A DNA stretch of 64,000 nt from the human T2T-CHM13v2.0 reference genome, Homo sapiens (GCF_009914755.1 NC_060927.1); one strand, 5' to 3'; positions 1-15,190 are shown, counted from the first letter of the stretch. Program-made: numbers and translations. Notes: generated by a model not told the origin, from the letters alone.

Positions 1-1369
1 TTTCTTCCACTTGATCGAATCGGCTATTGAAGCTTGTGCATGTGTCACAAAGTTCTTGTGCCATGGTTTTCAGCTCCATCAAGTCATTTAAGGTCTTCTC
101 TACACCCTTTTTCTAGTTAGCCATTCATCTAATTGTTTTTCAAGGTTTTTAGCTCCCTTGTGATGGGTTCAAACCTCCTCCTTCAGCTTGGAGAAGTTTG
201 TTACTACTGACTTGCTGAAGCCTACTTCTGTCAACTCGTCAAAGTCATTCTTTATCCAGCTTTGTTCCATTGCTGGTGAGGAGCTGCAATCCTTTGGAGG
301 AGAACAGGCACTCTGGTTTTTAGAATTTTCAGCTTTTCTGCTCCAGTTTCTCCCCATCTTTGTGGTTTTATCTACCGTTGGTCTTTGATGTTGGTGACCT
401 ACAGATGGGGTTTTGGTATAGATGTCCTTTTTGTTGATGTTGATGCTGTTTCTTTCTGTTTGTTAGTTTTCCTTCTAACAGTCAGGTCCCTCAGCTGCAG
501 GTCTGTTGGAGTTTGCTGGAGTTCCACTCCAGACCCTGCATGCCTGGGTATCACCAGTGGAGGCTGCAGAACAGCAAATATTGCTGCCTGATCCTTCCTC
601 TGGAAGCTTCATCCCAGAGGGACAGCCACCTATATGAGGTGTCTGTTGGCCCCTACTGGGAGGTGTCTCCCAGTTAGGCTACACAGGGGTCAGGGACCCA
701 CTTGAGGAGGCAGTCTGTCTGTTCTCAGAGCTAAAACACTGTGCTGGTGAGAGAGAACCACTGCTCTCTTCTGAGCTGTCAGACAGGGATATTTAAGTCT
801 GCAGAAGTTGTCTGCTGCCTTTTGTTCAGCTATGCCCTGCCCACAGAGGTGGAGTCTAGAGCCAGTAGGCCTGATTGAGCTGTGGTGGACCCCACTCAGT
901 TCAAGCTTCCTGGCCACTTTGTTTACCTACTGGCCTCAGCAATGGCAGACGCCCCTCCCCCAGCCAGGCTGCTGCCTCACAGTTTGATCTCAGATTGCTG
1001 GGCTAGCAGTGAGCAAGGCTCCATGGGTGGCAGCCACCGAGCCAGGCAAGGAAGAGAATCACCTTGTCTGCTGGTTCCTAAGACCTTGGGAAAAGTCCAC
1101 AGTCTTTGGGTGGGAGTGTCCCATTTTTCCAAGTAGTGTGTCACAGCGTCTCTTGGCTAGGAAAGGGAAATCCCTGACCCCTTGTGCTTCCCAGGTGAGG
1201 CGATGCCTGCCCTGCTTCAGCTTGTCCTCCATGGGCTGCACCCACTGTCCAACCAGTCCCAATGAGATGAACCAGGTACCTCAGTTGGAAACGTAGAAAT
1301 CACCCGTCTTCTGTGTCGATCACGCTGGGAGTTGCAGACTGAAGCTGTTCCTATTCGGCCATCTTGGAA
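1..1369 (-). mobile_element. L1PA (about L1PA7/8-like) 5' UTR and start of ORF1; element continues beyond the left window edge
   Basis: Reverse complement begins CCAAGATGGCCGAATAGGAACAGC (L1 5' end with YY1 site). ORF1 N-terminus MGRNWSRKAENSKNQSACSPPKD... starts at 357 on the minus strand and is disrupted downstream. Confidence 0.92.
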
Positions 1370-1944
1370 AGTCTCATAATACTTTCATTTTTAAAAAAAA
1401 TACAGGGTATTAAAAATTTCAATATGATTTTAGGTCAGTTTTAGTAAGTTTGTTCTTTTAGAAATTTGTTTCCTTTAATCTAAGGTGTTAATTTTTTGCC
1501 ATAATACACTTCATACTATTTCAGTGTTAGCCTTTTAATATTTGTAGGATCTATCCTTTCTTTCATTTGTAGTAGTAACAGCTTTTGTTTTCCTTTCTTC
1601 TTGATCATCCTAACCAGGAGTTTACTGATTCCATTAAATGTTTCAAAAACCAACGTTTGGATTTGTTATTTTTGTATACTCTTTGTTTTCTAGTTTCTTG
1701 ATTTCTGCTTTATATTTATGATTTCTCTCCGTTCACAGATTTTGGGTTTAATTTGCTCTTCTTTTTTTAACTTCTTAAAATAGAAACTTAAAATAATTGA
1801 TTTTAAATCTTTCTTCTTTCCTAATATAAGCAATAGACACTAAAAATTTCCCTCTAGGCACTGCAGTGCTGCATCCCATAAAATTTGATATGTTTTAATT
1901 TCATTCAGTTCAAAAATATTTTCTAATTTCCCTGTGATTTCTTT

Positions 1945-2441
1945 TTTTTATTTAATAAAGTTTTGTTTTTCCAAATGTACAGTCAGTTGGACCTGTTCAT
2001 GCATCTTCACCAGCAGTTGTGGCATCTCCACTTTTGGTATTTCTGGTGTAAATGACTCGAGCTCTGTGTTTTGAAACCAGTTTGATAAGTCCTTTGCCAA
2101 GGAGCTCCTGTAGGGCTGCCCTGGCCAGGGAGCCTCGAATCTCCAATCTCTGAGAGACCACAGCTGGGGTTATAAACCTATAGCTGGAAACTTCCTTACA
2201 GAGTTTGTCATACAAAGCTTCCTTACAGTAGCATTGTCAAACAAGACTTGGTTATTGAGCTTATCCCAAATTTTGCCTTTGGACCACTCCTTTTTGGCTT
2301 TGCCCCTGGATTTGTTCACTGGGTTTTTGTCTTTTTTGGCCAACTTCCCGGGGTCTTTCCTCTTGTTGTCCTTGGATGGCATTGTGAAGCTTGCAGAGCA
2401 GCGGCAATCGCTGCAGCCTTGCTGAGATGTCAGACGAAAAG
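1945..2441 (-). pseudogene. Processed pseudogene of ribosomal protein S25 (RPS25), frameshifted
   Basis: Two minus-strand frames: [49 protein letters not shown] and [71 protein letters not shown]. Intronless, with 5'TOP-like start CTTTTCGTC, 3'UTR plus short poly(A), and TSD GTGATTTCTTT at 1934-1944 and 2441-2451. Confidence 0.96.
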
Positions 2442-2609
2442 TGATTTCTTTGATGCACAGGTTATTTGAAAATGTGTTGTTTAATTTTCAAATATTTGGG
2501 GGGCTGTAATAGATATCTTTTTGTTATTGATTTCTAATTTAATTTCAGCGTGGTTAGAAAACAATGTATATTCTGTGGTTGTTGAGTTTAGTGTTCTATT
2601 TTATTTATT

Positions 2610-2862
<253 letters not shown>

Positions 2863-3550
2863 TAAATGTCAATTAGGTTAAGGTGATTGATAGCATTGTT
2901 GAGATATTCTACATCATTTTTGATTTTTAATAATCTAGTTGTTTTGTCAATTACTGAGAGAGGGGTGTTAACATCTCTAACTATGATTGTGGATTTGTTT
3001 ATTTCTCCCTTTAGCTCTTTCAGTTTTTGCTTTATGCATTTTGAAGCTGTTATTAAACACACATTTATAATTGCTATGCCTTTTGATGAAATGACCCTTT
3101 TATCATTACGAAATATTGTTCTTTATTTTTGGTAATCTTTCTTATCCTGAAGTCTATTTTGACTGATATTAATCTAGCCATTCCATATTTCCTATGATTA
3201 GTGCTTGCATGATATTTCTTTTAAAATTTTTAAGTTTTAAACCTATATGTGTCTTTGTATTTAATGTATCTCTTGTAGATAACATATAGTTGGATCATAA
3301 CTTTTATCTACTATAAACAATCTATTTCTTTTTCTTATAGCATTTAGTCAATCTACATTTAAGATAATTATTGATATGGTTGGATTTAGTTCTCTCACTT
3401 TTATTTGTTTTCTATTTTTCTGATATGACTTGTTTCTTGGTTCCACTTTTCTTGCCTTTTTTGGGAATTAATATGGTTTAGTATTTCATTTTAATTTTTA
3501 GCTATAGCTCTTTGCATATTTTTAGTGGTTACTTTTGGGGTTAAAATAAT

Positions 3551-4800
3551 TTTTTTTAATATTTTAAGTTCTAGGGTACATGTGCAGAACGTGCAGGTTT
3601 GTTACATAGGTATACACATGCCATGTTGGTTTGCTGCACCCATCAACCTGTCATCTACATTAGGTATTTCTCCTAATGCTATCCCTCCCTGAGCCCCCCA
3701 CTCCCTGGCAGGCCCCGGTATGTGATCCCCTTCCCCCTGTGTCCATGTGTTCTCATTGTTCAACTCCCACTTATGAGTGAGAACATGCGGTGTTTGGTTT
3801 TCTGTTCCTGTGTTAGTTTGCTGAGAATGATGGTTTCCAGCTCCATCCATGTCCCTGCAAAGGACATCCTTTTTTATGGCTGCATAGTATTCCATGGTGT
3901 ATATGTGCCACATTTTCTTTATCCAGTTTATCATTGATGGGGATTTGGGTTGGTTCCAAGTCTTTATGTTCTATTATGAACAGTGCTGCAATAAACATGT
4001 GTGCATGTGTATTTGTAGTAGAATAATTTATAATCCTTTGGATATATACCCGGTAATGGGATTGCTGGGTCAAATGGTATTTCTAGTTCTAGATCCTTGA
4101 GGAATCACCACACTGTCTTCCACAATGGTTGAACTAATTTTCACTCCCACCAACAGTGTAAAAGCATTCGTATTTCTCCACATCCTCTCCAGCACCTGTT
4201 GCTTCCTGACTTTTTAATGATCGCCATTGTAACTGGCCGTGAGATGGTATCTCATTGTGGTTTTGATTTGCATTTCTCTAATGACCAGTGATGATGAGCT
4301 TTTTTCCATATGTTTGTTGGCTGCATAAATGTCTTCTTTTGAGAAGTGTCTGTTCATATCCTTCACCCACTTTTTGATGGGGTTGTTTGTTTTTGTCTTT
4401 TAAATTTGTTTAAGTTCTTTATAGATTCTGGATGTTAGCCCTTTGTCAGATGGGTAGATTGCAAAAATTTTCTCCCATTCTGTAGGTTACCTGTTTACTC
4501 TGATGACAGTTTCTTTTGCTGTGCAGAAGCTCTTGAGTTTGATTAGATCCCATTTGTCAATTTTGGCTTTTGTTGCCATTGCTTTTGTTGTTTTAGTCAT
4601 GAAGTCTTTGCCCATGCCTATGTCCTGAATGGTATTGTCTAGGTTTTCTTCTAGGGTTTTTATGGTTTTAGGTCTTATGTTTAAGTCTTTAATCCATCTT
4701 GAGTTAATTTTTTTATAAGGTGTAAGGAAGGGGTCCAGTGTCAGCTTTCTGCATATGGCTAGCCAGTTTTCCCAACACCATTTATTAAATAGGGAATCCT
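3551..4800 (-). mobile_element. 5'-truncated L1PA 3' end (3'UTR plus ORF2 C-terminus)
   Basis: ttttaagttctagggtacatgtgcagaacgtgcaggtttgttacataggt; translation WIKKMWHIYTMEYYAAIKK matches the ORF2 C-terminus. Confidence 0.93.
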
Positions 4801-5066
4801 TTTTATTGCCCTCTATATTGCTTGGGGAAATGCCCTCTATATTTTTTTAGTGATTTGTAGATTCTACTGAAAGAAAAATGAAAACTTGTTCACAGGCAGT
4901 GTTGAAAGGATAGCTTTCAACTTTTTAAAGGGTTGAAAATTTAAACTACTCTCCATAGTTTCCGGAAAACATCCTCAAGCCTTTACAATTGAGGGTGAGG
5001 GCTGTGGCAGCTTTAAAGTTCAAGAGAAGGAAAATACGTTAATTTTCAAAGTTTTCTCCTATTTCA

Positions 5067-5504
<438 letters not shown>

Positions 5505-7054
5505 TCAGGTGATCTGGGTTCATGGCCACACTGCATGACGTCTGTTCAGAGCAGCACCCAGGGGTTCTCTTCCTTAGCCAGTAGCTTTCTCAGCTTTCTC
5601 ATGGACCTAGGAACTCCCCAGTGCCTAGATGCAGTGGAGCACATAGATAGCCTTGTGTTGTCTGGAAATGTCTGTGTTTCTGTGTAGTCTCTGCCAGTCC
5701 AATCCCAGGATGGAGGGTGGATGTGGGAACCTCTGTTTTTTAATTAGCCTTTAGGGCATAGTCTGCTCTCCACACACTTGTCAGAACAAAGGGATCTTTT
5801 TTCTTCAGGGAATAGCATTAAGAAGCAGGAGGTGGAGTAGTATACTTGTCCTGTTTGAAATGGCTTTTATCTGCTGTTGCATCAGTGATCTTTGACAGCT
5901 GATCTGCAGTTCTGGCTTAACCATTTACTAGTTGCATAACCTTGGCAAACTCACATCCCAGCATAATGAATCTAGTTTACTCCTTTATGAACTGGAAGTG
6001 TTAATATTTTCCCTGACCTACCTCAGAGGCTTAAAGGGTTGCATGGAGATGAAAACCCATTATAAAAATAAATTATTACTATGAAGGGTTAGAGAAGTTT
6101 GTCTTAAGAAGAAGGGTAATTTTAAAAAAGAAGTCTTTGTTGCCCCCTGAGTGAGCACAGTTCTTGGGGTAGAAACGGGATATAGGACAATCTGGCACTG
6201 AGTCTGCTGAAGGCTGTCCTGCCACTGCTACATCTTGCCCTTCTCTCCTAACCTCACTGCCCCAGGGGTGGAGACAGTCATGACACTGGGCAGGCCAGCC
6301 CTCCTCTGTGCTGCTGGCCACCTATGCGGCACAGTCTTGTCAGAGAGCTGACAATCAGCTCCCTGCTGCTTTCTCATCTTTTAAAGTCCAATTAAACATC
6401 TCTGGCCACAGCATGATAATTGTCTGGGCTCCACACAGTGGAACGTGACCTGAGGTGGCATTAGGAGACCAGAAAAGAAAGAAAAGCCCTTTTATCTTGG
6501 AAAGATCATGTCCCCAGTTCCTTAAAGTGTAGAATCATTGTTCACATTGAGCAATTGCCCAGCTCAATTCCAAACGTCAAGATATCAAAAGGCATGCAGG
6601 AGATTTAACCGTGTCCACATGGACTCATGTGCCCAAGAAGCAATCTGGTGGCTTAAGAATTAGCAATGGCATAAGGTATGTGTGAGAAACAGTGAGTCTG
6701 AGTGGAAAGTTCCAGCAGGGAGGGATGCTGGAAGGCTAGGTTAGGGCCAGATTGCAGAGGACCTTGATGCCAGGGGTAAAAAGGTGAACTTTGCTTCAGC
6801 AGGATAATCAGGAGTCTTACATGGGATTGTAGGGCCTGGTCTCTGGTGGAAGGCAAGAAGATTCTGCTATGGACAGGGTGTCCTGCCTTGTAGATTGCCC
6901 TCTTATAACATCTTGCCATTAAATGTTTCCTGAGGTTTATATCCAGCCCTACTAATCATAGTGCATCAGCACATTGTCTGCTTGATGCAGTGGTGGCTCC
7001 CCTTAAACATTTAGGAAGTTGCTACATCTGGAAGGATAAAAAACTCAGAAATAT

Positions 7055-7365
7055 GGCCTGGCACGGTAGCTCATGCCTGTAATCCTAGCACTTTGGGAGG
7101 CAGAGGTGGGCAGATTGCCTGAGCTCAGGAGTTCGAGACCAGCCTAGGCAACATGGCGAAACCCCGTCTCTACTAAAAATACAAAAAATTAGCTGGGCAT
7201 GGTGGTGTGCACCTGTAATCCCAGCTACTCGGGAGGCTGAGGCACGAGAATTGCTTAACTCGGAGGCAGAGGTTGCAGTGAGCTGAATTCATGCCACTGC
7301 ACTCCAGCCTAGGTGACAGAGCGAGACTCTGTCTCAAAAGAAAACAAAACCAAACAAAACAAAAA
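7055..7365 (+). mobile_element. AluS-like
   Basis: Full dimer flanked by TSD aaaaact(c/g)agaaatatgg. Confidence 0.93.
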
Positions 7366-8074
7366 CTGAGAAATATGGACTTTGGTCCTGAACCTGCTAT
7401 TGATTAATTGGGTATCTGAGGAAGCTCTTTCTCTTGTCAGGGCTTCAGCTTCTACCAGAAAAATCTAGGGAGAGAGGGATGGTGAGACCAAGTGATCTCT
7501 TAAGTTTCTCTTCACTTGAATGTTCTTAGGAATAGCTTCAGTTGCTGACATGTCTGCAATTTGTTTATTACGATTTGCCTCCCATGTCCCTAGGATCATT
7601 CTGCTGGACCAAGTTTCTGAGGAGCTTTTTATTTTATTTTATTTTATTTTATTTTTTAGAAAGGGAAAATGACTTGCTAGCAGTTACAAGATGTGCCCAG
7701 TTTCCCTATCTCTTTTGGTCCAGTTTTCTTTCTGCTGTCAGCTGCAGAGCTTAGTACATGATGGGAGGATCACTGTACTTTCTATAGCGCTGGGAGATTA
7801 GAGGAAAAAGGGATTAATAAACCATGGAGTGGTTGGGGAAGACTAAATGGTAGATAAAGGCTTGGGCCCTTTGGGTCCTGATGGAGGGGTGAGGATGCAG
7901 AGAATTCTCACCAGGCAGAGAGAAGGGAGTCAGGCATTCCAAGTAAACCAGGATGGAGAGGAAGGGTCTGTGTCTGGATGTGTCAGGAGCTGGCCTGGTG
8001 AGAGAAGGAAGCACCAGGAAATGAGGCCAGGGCCTTAAAACCAGGCAGAATGGGAGATTAGACTTGATGCTCTA

Positions 8075-8776
<702 letters not shown>

Positions 8777-9983
8777 GAAATGCTGAATCTCAGGCCCAGC
8801 TCAGCCCTGCTGAATCCACATCTGCATTTTAACAAGATCCAAAGGTGACTTCATACCCCTTGAAGTCTGAAAAGTGCTATAGTTCAGGACATTTGTTCTC
8901 AGTGGTACTGATCACTGGGCCCCACCCCAGGCCCCCTGAATCAGAATTTTCTAGGGATGGGGCTTGGGCACTGGAAGTTTTAAGAAGCTCTAACCTGTAG
9001 CCAGGGCTGAGAACTACTGTTCTCATGGTTATAAAGCAAGAATGACAATGTCGGTTCACAGAAGAACATTTAATAAAGATCAGATAGGCAGCAGTATGAA
9101 GAGTGTACTCAGGAAACAGAAATTAATAGCAACGAACCAAATGTGCATAGTGAAGAAGACAGCTCCATCATGTTGAGTCCTGAGAGTTGAGAAAATGGCT
9201 GTGCTAGAAGTTGCTATGGGGAGCTGGTTTGTAGAGGATAATGAGAAGTGAATTTGGTTTTAGACATTTTCACTGAAATTTGATGGTGGCAACATCTACC
9301 AGGAATTAGTTGATGTGGCACTGAGCTTTGGTTAAAGGGCAGGACTGGAAATTTGAACTTGTAATTTATTATCACCAAGGTGGAAGCTGGAGTCATATAA
9401 ATGGTACAAGACAACCGGATAACAGAATAAAGGCTTTTGTTGTGTATAAATTAGAATTGTAGGCTTGGAAGGAATTTTAGATAACTTTAGGCTAAATGTC
9501 TATGCATGAACCAAGTGTACTGGCCTTAGTGATAGAGCAAGGGATGTCTTTTCACCTTGGCCATAGCAATCCTCTGCTTAGAGTCTGTGAAGGACCATGG
9601 CCTGGGCCACCTTCAGAGCCCTGTGGGGCTCATTACCAGAGGGCCTGGCCTATGTGAAGTTCCCCTGCCAACACTGTGACTCATCCACACACTTCCACAG
9701 TGATATTTTCAAAGTACAATTATGTGTAGCAGAATGTCTTTTCCATGGCTGACAATGTTGCCCATCTGTGAAGTCATTAAGCTCTTGTGCTCTAAAAGCA
9801 GGGAGGAGGTAAACAGTGGCAGCAAATTGGGAACCTGCTTGAATGATGGGAGCCTGGGATTCACACTCTATGCCGGGGCTCTGGATCCCTGATAACCTTC
9901 TTTTTAAGGGAGTATGGGAGTTGAGCATTAATGCATGGTTCATCCCTGCAGTTGGGTGCAAACCAGATTGAAAATACACACTG

Positions 9984-10285
9984 GGGCCAAGTGCAGTGGC
10001 TTATGCCTGTAATCCCAGCACTTTGAGAGGACAAGGTGGGAGGATCGCTTGAGACCAGGAGTTCAAGACAAGTCTGTGAAACATAGTGAGACCCTGTCTC
10101 TACAAAAATAAAAATTAAAAAATTAGCTGAGTGTGGTGGCATGCTCCTATTGTCCTACCTACGCAGGAGGCTGAGGCAGGAGGATTGCTTGAGCCCAGGA
10201 GGTTGAGGCTGAAGTGAGCCAGGATCATGCCTTTGCACAATAGCCTAGGTGATAGAGTGAGACACTGTCTCTAAAAAAAAAAATT
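9984..10285 (+). mobile_element. AluJ-like
   Basis: Dimeric Alu with ggaggatcgcttgag. Confidence 0.9.
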
Positions 10286-10321
10286 AAATTAAAAATGAAA
10301 ATGCACACAGATGAAAGAAGT

Positions 10322-10500
10322 AGGCTTGGAATTGGAAAACCAGGATTCAAATCTTAGTTCTGCCATGTATTGGCAGTAGCCAAGCCCAGGTTTCCTCCTT
10401 AGTAAATGAAGAATTTTGTCTTTTTCACAGGGCTGTAGTGAGCAAATGAATATTGTATGTGAGAGTGCTTTGCAAACTATAAGGTACAATACAAATATAA
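10322..10500 (+). mobile_element. MIR
   Basis: ggattcaaatcttagttctgcca...ggtttcctccttagtaaatga...gtgagagtgctttgcaaactata. Confidence 0.65.
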
Positions 10501-11394
10501 TACTTTTTAAAGAAAGGATGTATAGACAGGTGAGGAAGAAGAGAACCAAATACAATTGGAAGATCTATTGATCTATTTCCATGTTAATTTGGTGGTGGGG
10601 GTATGGTTAGGAGGGTGGGGATTGGGGGTGAGGGTTTTTATCTTTCCTAGTGTACCAAAAGGCAGGAATCTGCCCATTTACTTCTATCTCTGTTAAGGTC
10701 TACTCATTCTTCCTCCTTCAGCCTCCACAGTCAATCCTTAAGGTTTTTATGCACCTATATTGTACACCTGGTTATGTGTGCACACCTGGCCCTTGGCAAA
10801 ATTATGCAGAAAGCAAAGTTGCATATAGTGACCCTAGATATTCCCTTTGGAGTAGTCTTCTGAAAGCAGGTGTAGACATTCCACTTCCTGAGAACAAGGT
10901 GCTCATATCCTCTTTCTTCCATCTCTTACCTGAGAAGTAAAGGGCTTGTTATGATATTCCAGGGATATTTGCATTTCAGATGGAGGACTGGAGCTTTAAG
11001 CTATGACGTTGGAATTTCTGGCATCAGTGAACTGGGTGGAAAAGTGTAGAATTTGATCTTTCTGGCATCCTTGGAACCATAATACACAGTCTTCCATCAG
11101 GTCATTGGGCTAGCTTTGAGGCGGAATATTTTCCAGCCCTCAAAGCTGTCATAAATTGTATTATTTACGTGATAAGTCCTATGAGATTCTGTGAAACAGA
11201 TCCAGTTGCATTACTTTGCAGGGATTTTATGAGAATCAAGAAAAGAACAGAAGAGAATAAGCTATTGTGCTTTTCACATAAGTACTATTGAAACACAAGG
11301 GCATTAACATTCCTTATGCTGCCAGAATCTATTCAGAATCACAGAAAGCTACAACCAGAAGAAATCTTACAAAAAGCAATTCATCTGTACAGTG

Positions 11395-11578
11395 CAATGT
11401 CTTCAAACTTTAGAATGAATCAGAATCACTTGGAGGGTTTGCTGAGACAGACTACTGGGCCCCACCTCTAGAGTTTCTGATTCAGTAGGTCTGAGGTGAG
11501 TTGGAGAATCTGGATTTCTATCAAGTTCTCAGATGATGCAGCTGCTGCTGTCGGGGCAACTACACTGAAAACCATGGG
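11395..11578. mobile_element. MER5A-like MITE
   Basis: tcagaatcacttggaggg...ctgggccccacctctagagtttctgattcagtaggtctg...caagttctcagatgatgc. Confidence 0.8.
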
Positions 11579-11599
11579 TCTTGTGGTTTATTATGGATT

Positions 11600-11911
<312 letters not shown>

Positions 11912-13851
11912 TAGTTCTAAATTGTACCACTGCAGAGTTCTAGGATGTCAACTAAGTGTGGCCAGGAAGAGAACCTTGATCTTCTGCCTCGTCTTGTTAA
12001 ATCTTCCTCAGGATGATGACCTTGCCTTTAGCTGTCTCTGGTGAGCTATAATAATTGGGGCACTTTGGAGATTCATGAAGAAGTATTTAGAGGAGGAAGT
12101 AAAGGGACTAGAGGGAAGAAACTTCCAAGAAGAAAGGTCTATGGGTGATGAAAGGAACCCAGTTAGGCCCAAGGAGCTGGGAAAGGAAGCCAAGAAGTGG
12201 CCTGCTGAAGGGAAGGGAGGCAAGCTATGGGTAGAAAATTCAGAATCCTGAAAGACCTTTTTATACCACTTAGATATTTAGCTTCCTGGGACAAGATGTC
12301 CAATCTTCTATCTTTTGGCTATTCTGTCACATCATTAAAAGTCTAGTCTGTTTGTGATGTAGTGTGTTTGCAAAAACTCTCCCATACACCCTGGCATTCT
12401 TTGTTAATTGCCATTAAAGTCATGTCAGGTTTTGAAAAATTATGGTGTTCTTGACACTGTTCCCTTTCAGCCTCACGTGTTCCTTGTATTTATCACAATG
12501 GAACACTAACAAATATTTATTCAGTTTTATAGACATGTTGACAATAAAGTCTACCATGTGTGTCTCCCTGCCATGGTGATTATTTTGCTCAATATGTGAT
12601 TGACTGAGATTTTTCAGTGTATTATAAACACACATTAAAAATAGGAACATAAAAAAGATAAAACAGAAAAATGGAAAGTTCCATATTTCTGGATGCAATA
12701 CCATGCCAACCTGGTTATTAGGACACGAAACAGATAATTTTTAGTGAGTTATCTAAGTTTGTATAATGATTCTTCTTCAAATAAGTAGTTTTGGATCCCA
12801 TAACCTTCCTCTTCAAAAATTTCTCGAATTAGAACCTTTTAAAAAGTACTTTTTCCTCTGTGTGTTTGTTCCAATAACCTAGGAAATATAAAGTTTGGCT
12901 ATTTTACCAAACTTTCAAACCCACAGTCCAATTCCAATTTTTAGCATCCATTTTAAACCATAAGCATGAAGCTGCAAGAGGTCACTGCATTTTCATATTG
13001 CATTTTTGTCAAACAGAAAGAAAACTACTGAAGTGGCTAAGTCCTCTCTACTGTGTTAATCAAAGGGAATAGAGGGGTGGTGCTTATTTCAAAGGGTCTT
13101 ATTAGAAAACTGGGATTACAAAAGGTCAATATTTTTAATGATTTCCTATTTAATGATCCTCCAAAGTCCTGTTTAACAAGCTTATGTCAGTATTAAGGAT
13201 TTGTGACTTAGTGTTTTTTTTTTTTTAAGTAGTAAGAAAGGTAAACAGGTCCACATACATGGTAGGTGCCAAGTCGGAGAGACACTGGTGCCATTTAAAC
13301 TTCAGTTTTGTTTTGTGAATTAAATATTTAAACAACTGCTCTGAAGAAACAAAAATGTAACTGTAATGTTTGAACTATAAAATTTCTGACGTTTATTGAC
13401 TTTCTGGATCTCCCTAACAACTTCCTGTCCTCATAAATTTGCTCCTGTGGTTGATTGGATGCAGATCTGTGTGATTTTTTCATTGCAGTGTGTGACTATA
13501 CCAGTTTTATTTCCGGTAGCTAGCTTATGCTTTTAACCTGGAGATAGCTGTGTAGTGGTGTTGACTGAAACCAGTGTTGTGTGGGGTGTGTGTATGCCTA
13601 TAATTACATTCAGCATGAGCCATGGGGCTGCATTTATGTGCATGTGTGTAAATAGCTATTTCACTATGATCTCTGTCCTGCTTTGGGGTTGTCAGCATTG
13701 ATTACTGAATCTTAAATACTAAATAACAGAAATTAAAATTAAGCAAAATTCAAAGACTATTAAAAAAAACCACTGTGTTCAGTTGCTTTGGGACTGTATT
13801 TGAACGACAGAATGCACTTAAGAAAAAGGAGAGCCATTACAGTGGATTGTA

Positions 13852-13885
13852 TTAGGTCGGTGCAAAAGTAATTGCACCGACCTAA
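13852..13885. mobile_element. Internally deleted MADE1 (Hsmar1 MITE), perfect palindrome with TA target duplication
   Basis: TA-TTAGGTCGGTGCAA-AAGTAA-TTGCACCGACCTAA-TA. Confidence 0.88.
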
Positions 13886-14114
13886 TATTTTAATTGAGGT
13901 GGTGAGTTAAGTTCTAAAGTCAGGACATAAAGGTAAAAACTAAGACCAATCAAAGGAAGGACAGACTCCTGCCAGCACCACTTAAGTGGCTCCCTCCGTC
14001 CCTCTGTAACTGAGTATATTTAAATTCACATGAGTTATATGATTTAACTTGATGGTATGTGTCAGAAGCTCTGAAACAGTATTTTAAATGTTTGCAATAC
14101 ATAAACAAGATGGG

Positions 14115-14255
14115 TGATATTATCCCTGTTTTAAAGGTGAGGAAACTGAGGCCCTAAGAGGGTAAGTGACATCCCCCAAACAACATAGCTAGTAGCTGGC
14201 AGAGCCAGGATTTGGGCCCAGTTCTATGTGTCTCCAAAGTCTAGGCTCTCCAGTA
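14115..14255 (-). mobile_element. MIR
   Basis: tattatccctgttttaaaggtgaggaaactgaggcc...ggtaagtgac...ggcagagccaggatttg (MIR core). Confidence 0.8.
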
Positions 14256-15040
14256 CGCCATCCTAGAATGTGAAGAACTCTTAGGGATCATGTTATATAA
14301 CCAGTTTATTTCACAGATGGGAAACTTCAGACTTATTCCCTCCTTTCAGTCAGCATGGATAATGGGGTGTTGACTGCATATTCTAGACTCTGCCAGGATT
14401 TCCCAACTCTGGAAGTGGAGAGTACTTGGTGCATCAGAGAGTGATGGATAAGATTTAAGAATTGGGTCAAAGGGGATGGGAATGAACCAGTTAAAGGAAT
14501 TGGAATTACTTTGTCTGATGTGAAATGTAAATCCTATTCTTCGAGTGAACAGTCACTTGATGAAGGATAAAGACCAGCTGGACTCCATGCAATGAGGCCA
14601 AAGCAAGAAGAAAGGACTTTAAATTTTGCTGGGTGAGGCCTAAGTCAGTTGTAATGGAGAAGTCCTGATGGTGGTGGGGTATGGCGGTGGATGGGGAGAG
14701 TAGCGAGTTAGCACCATGGGGTAGGGGACCTCACTAGACAGTAAGCTGCCCTCTGCTGGCTTCCTGTTTTCCCTGCCCAATCTCAGAGTAGCGCCGCCCC
14801 TCACAGTAACTAAAGAAATTCATCAACAAATCTTGTATTGATTAAGACAAAAAGTGACATCTTCTTAATGGATCCGTCAGACCTTTCTGTGCTCTACAAA
14901 TCTTTTCATCCTCTGATCTACCTTGCCCACTAAGGTTAGAGCTATTTTCATGAAGTACGACTGATTCCATTTCTCTGCTCAAAAATGAACCAAAGCAGCC
15001 TGAGCAGCTGTTTTCAAAGTGTGGTCTATGGACCCCCAGA

Positions 15041-15097
15041 GGTAAGGTGGCCAATTGTGGCAAATTAAGCCCAAGGAAATTTCAGTTTCAAATAAAC

Positions 15098-15133
<36 letters not shown>

Positions 15134-15190
15134 TGTAAGTATGCCCCATGCAATATTTGGACATCCTGTATTTTATCTGGTAACCCTACC
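15041..15190. mobile_element. MER53-like MITE with expanded T-tract
   Basis: aaatttcagtttcaaataaaca...tagtgtaagtatgccccatgcaatatttggacatcctgtattttatctggtaaccctacc. Confidence 0.7.

Noticed and set aside
12400-13850. Repeat-poor upstream block as a possible enhancer or alternative first exon
   Set aside because: Plausible, but conservation or chromatin data are needed; no exon could be defined from sequence.
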